DNA of 24,000 nucleotides, from the NCBI RefSeq assembly GCF_002218045.2, contig NZ_AP018688.1, positions 17,172 through 41,171 of the forward strand, read 5' to 3'. A model generated the notes under the pieces. That model searched no databases and was not told where the DNA came from. It saw nothing but the letters and a program-made list of their open reading frames with translations. Position 1 is the first letter of the stretch; each line of letters starts with the position of its first letter. Source of the DNA: Vibrio rumoiensis (lineage in GTDB: Bacteria > Pseudomonadota > Gammaproteobacteria > Enterobacterales > Vibrionaceae). A program made the translations under genes and the position numbers. Shown piece after piece: positions 23,356 to 24,000 of the stretch.

Positions 23356-24000
23356 AACATGGCGAATTTTAGATTCTGCGATTTCATGCATCATGTGTGG
23401 TATTGCATTGAAGCTGGCAGCACCTTTGTTAAGCCAATACATATAGAGCGTCGCGATGAAGCTGCATTTCTATTAACTAAATTGCTCCTGTTAGATTGGA
23501 CACTGAGTTTCCATACCAGAAGTTATTCGTCCTTTGCTAATTTAAGTAAATACTCTAAACCATTTCTGTCCGTGCGACCTGAAGTCGTATGAAGCGTTGT
23601 TCACCGCTTTATGAGTGAACCGTCTGTATCACCAGATGAACCTACGAGCCTGAATAAAGCAGCGGCTCGGACAATGTAACGAAACTTGGCAGTTGGGCTG
23701 AGTGGGAAAAGAATCGTGAGAGGACGTTCCTCCTGAAAACCACAATTCGGGTAAGTGCTAGGTAGTCAGTATGATGAACATATGTGAATCCATTCAAGGT
23801 GCGTTATATGATGAAGCAGCGGAAGTGGTTATTACGCTGTAGCCAAAAGGCAATGAGAGTTGGAAAGAGGTTGGACAGTACTTTTTCGTGGTCACTGCAC
23901 TCTCCGCACTTATATGGACTCCTCGTTTTAATCAATGCCTTTAAAATATGACGATAGTTGCGCACTTATATACGGGCTCTTTTTGGATAGCTATTCCTGC

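Noticed and set aside
23359-23592. The 77-aa ORF immediately right of the Tn3-family IS-like element
   Set aside because: Its ATG lies 3 nt from the IR with no RBS, and it has no recognisable motif. It is probably non-coding flank. The minus strand here holds only a short open frame that does not join the truncated gene on the other side of the IS.
23905-23971. Two copies of CGCACTTATAT, 56 bp apart, at the right window edge
   Set aside because: Only two short copies are present. That is too little to call iterons or operators, and the context continues beyond the window.
1-24000. CRISPR arrays, tRNA/rRNA genes and integron cassettes
   Set aside because: I saw no regularly spaced direct repeats, no cloverleaf-compatible or rRNA-like segments, and no intI/attI/attC structures on either strand.

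Overview
Mosaic accessory DNA (plasmid- or island-like) built from nested mobile elements. No rRNA, tRNA or CRISPR array was seen. Base composition is judged by eye, not computed.
(1) 1-7317 is very AT-rich. It holds a tightly packed three-gene operon cut by the left window edge: a classical AAA+ ATPase, a 539-aa orphan protein, and a membrane protein with a peptidoglycan-binding domain. It also holds a secreted DUF3298-type protein, a ~1 kb non-coding gap, and a Cre-like tyrosine recombinase preceded by a 34-bp lox-like palindrome. A Phd/YefM-RelE/ParE toxin-antitoxin pair and a 116-aa orphan ORF follow.
(2) 7318-8587 is a 5'-truncated group II intron on the minus strand. It has an RT/maturase ORF plus recognisable domains V and VI. 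It is cut off exactly by an orphan 38-bp Tn3-family terminal inverted repeat at 8588-8625.
(3) 8588-9935 and 18983-20143 are intermediate-GC, plasmid-like DNA. They encode a serine recombinase, an RHH protein, a lipoprotein, a TrbM-like protein and a small membrane protein.
(4) 9936-18982 splits that DNA. It is a GC-rich Tn21-subfamily transposon flanked by a 5-bp AATAT target duplication. Both of its 38-bp IRs are interrupted by inverted 1327-bp IS5075/IS4321-like (IS110 family) insertions. Its tnpA is broken by one end of a further Tn3-family element carrying a chlorite-dismutase-like gene. It also carries a HEPN/MNT pair, a cupin, and a four-gene overlapping operon ending in a resolvase whose stop codon lies in the IR.
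(5) 20144-23355 is a 3.2-kb tnpA-only Tn3-family IS-like element with 81-bp IRs and no target duplication.
The best candidate for an uncharacterised system is the AAA+/orphan/peptidoglycan-binding operon at the left edge. The Cre-like recombinase with its candidate site comes second.
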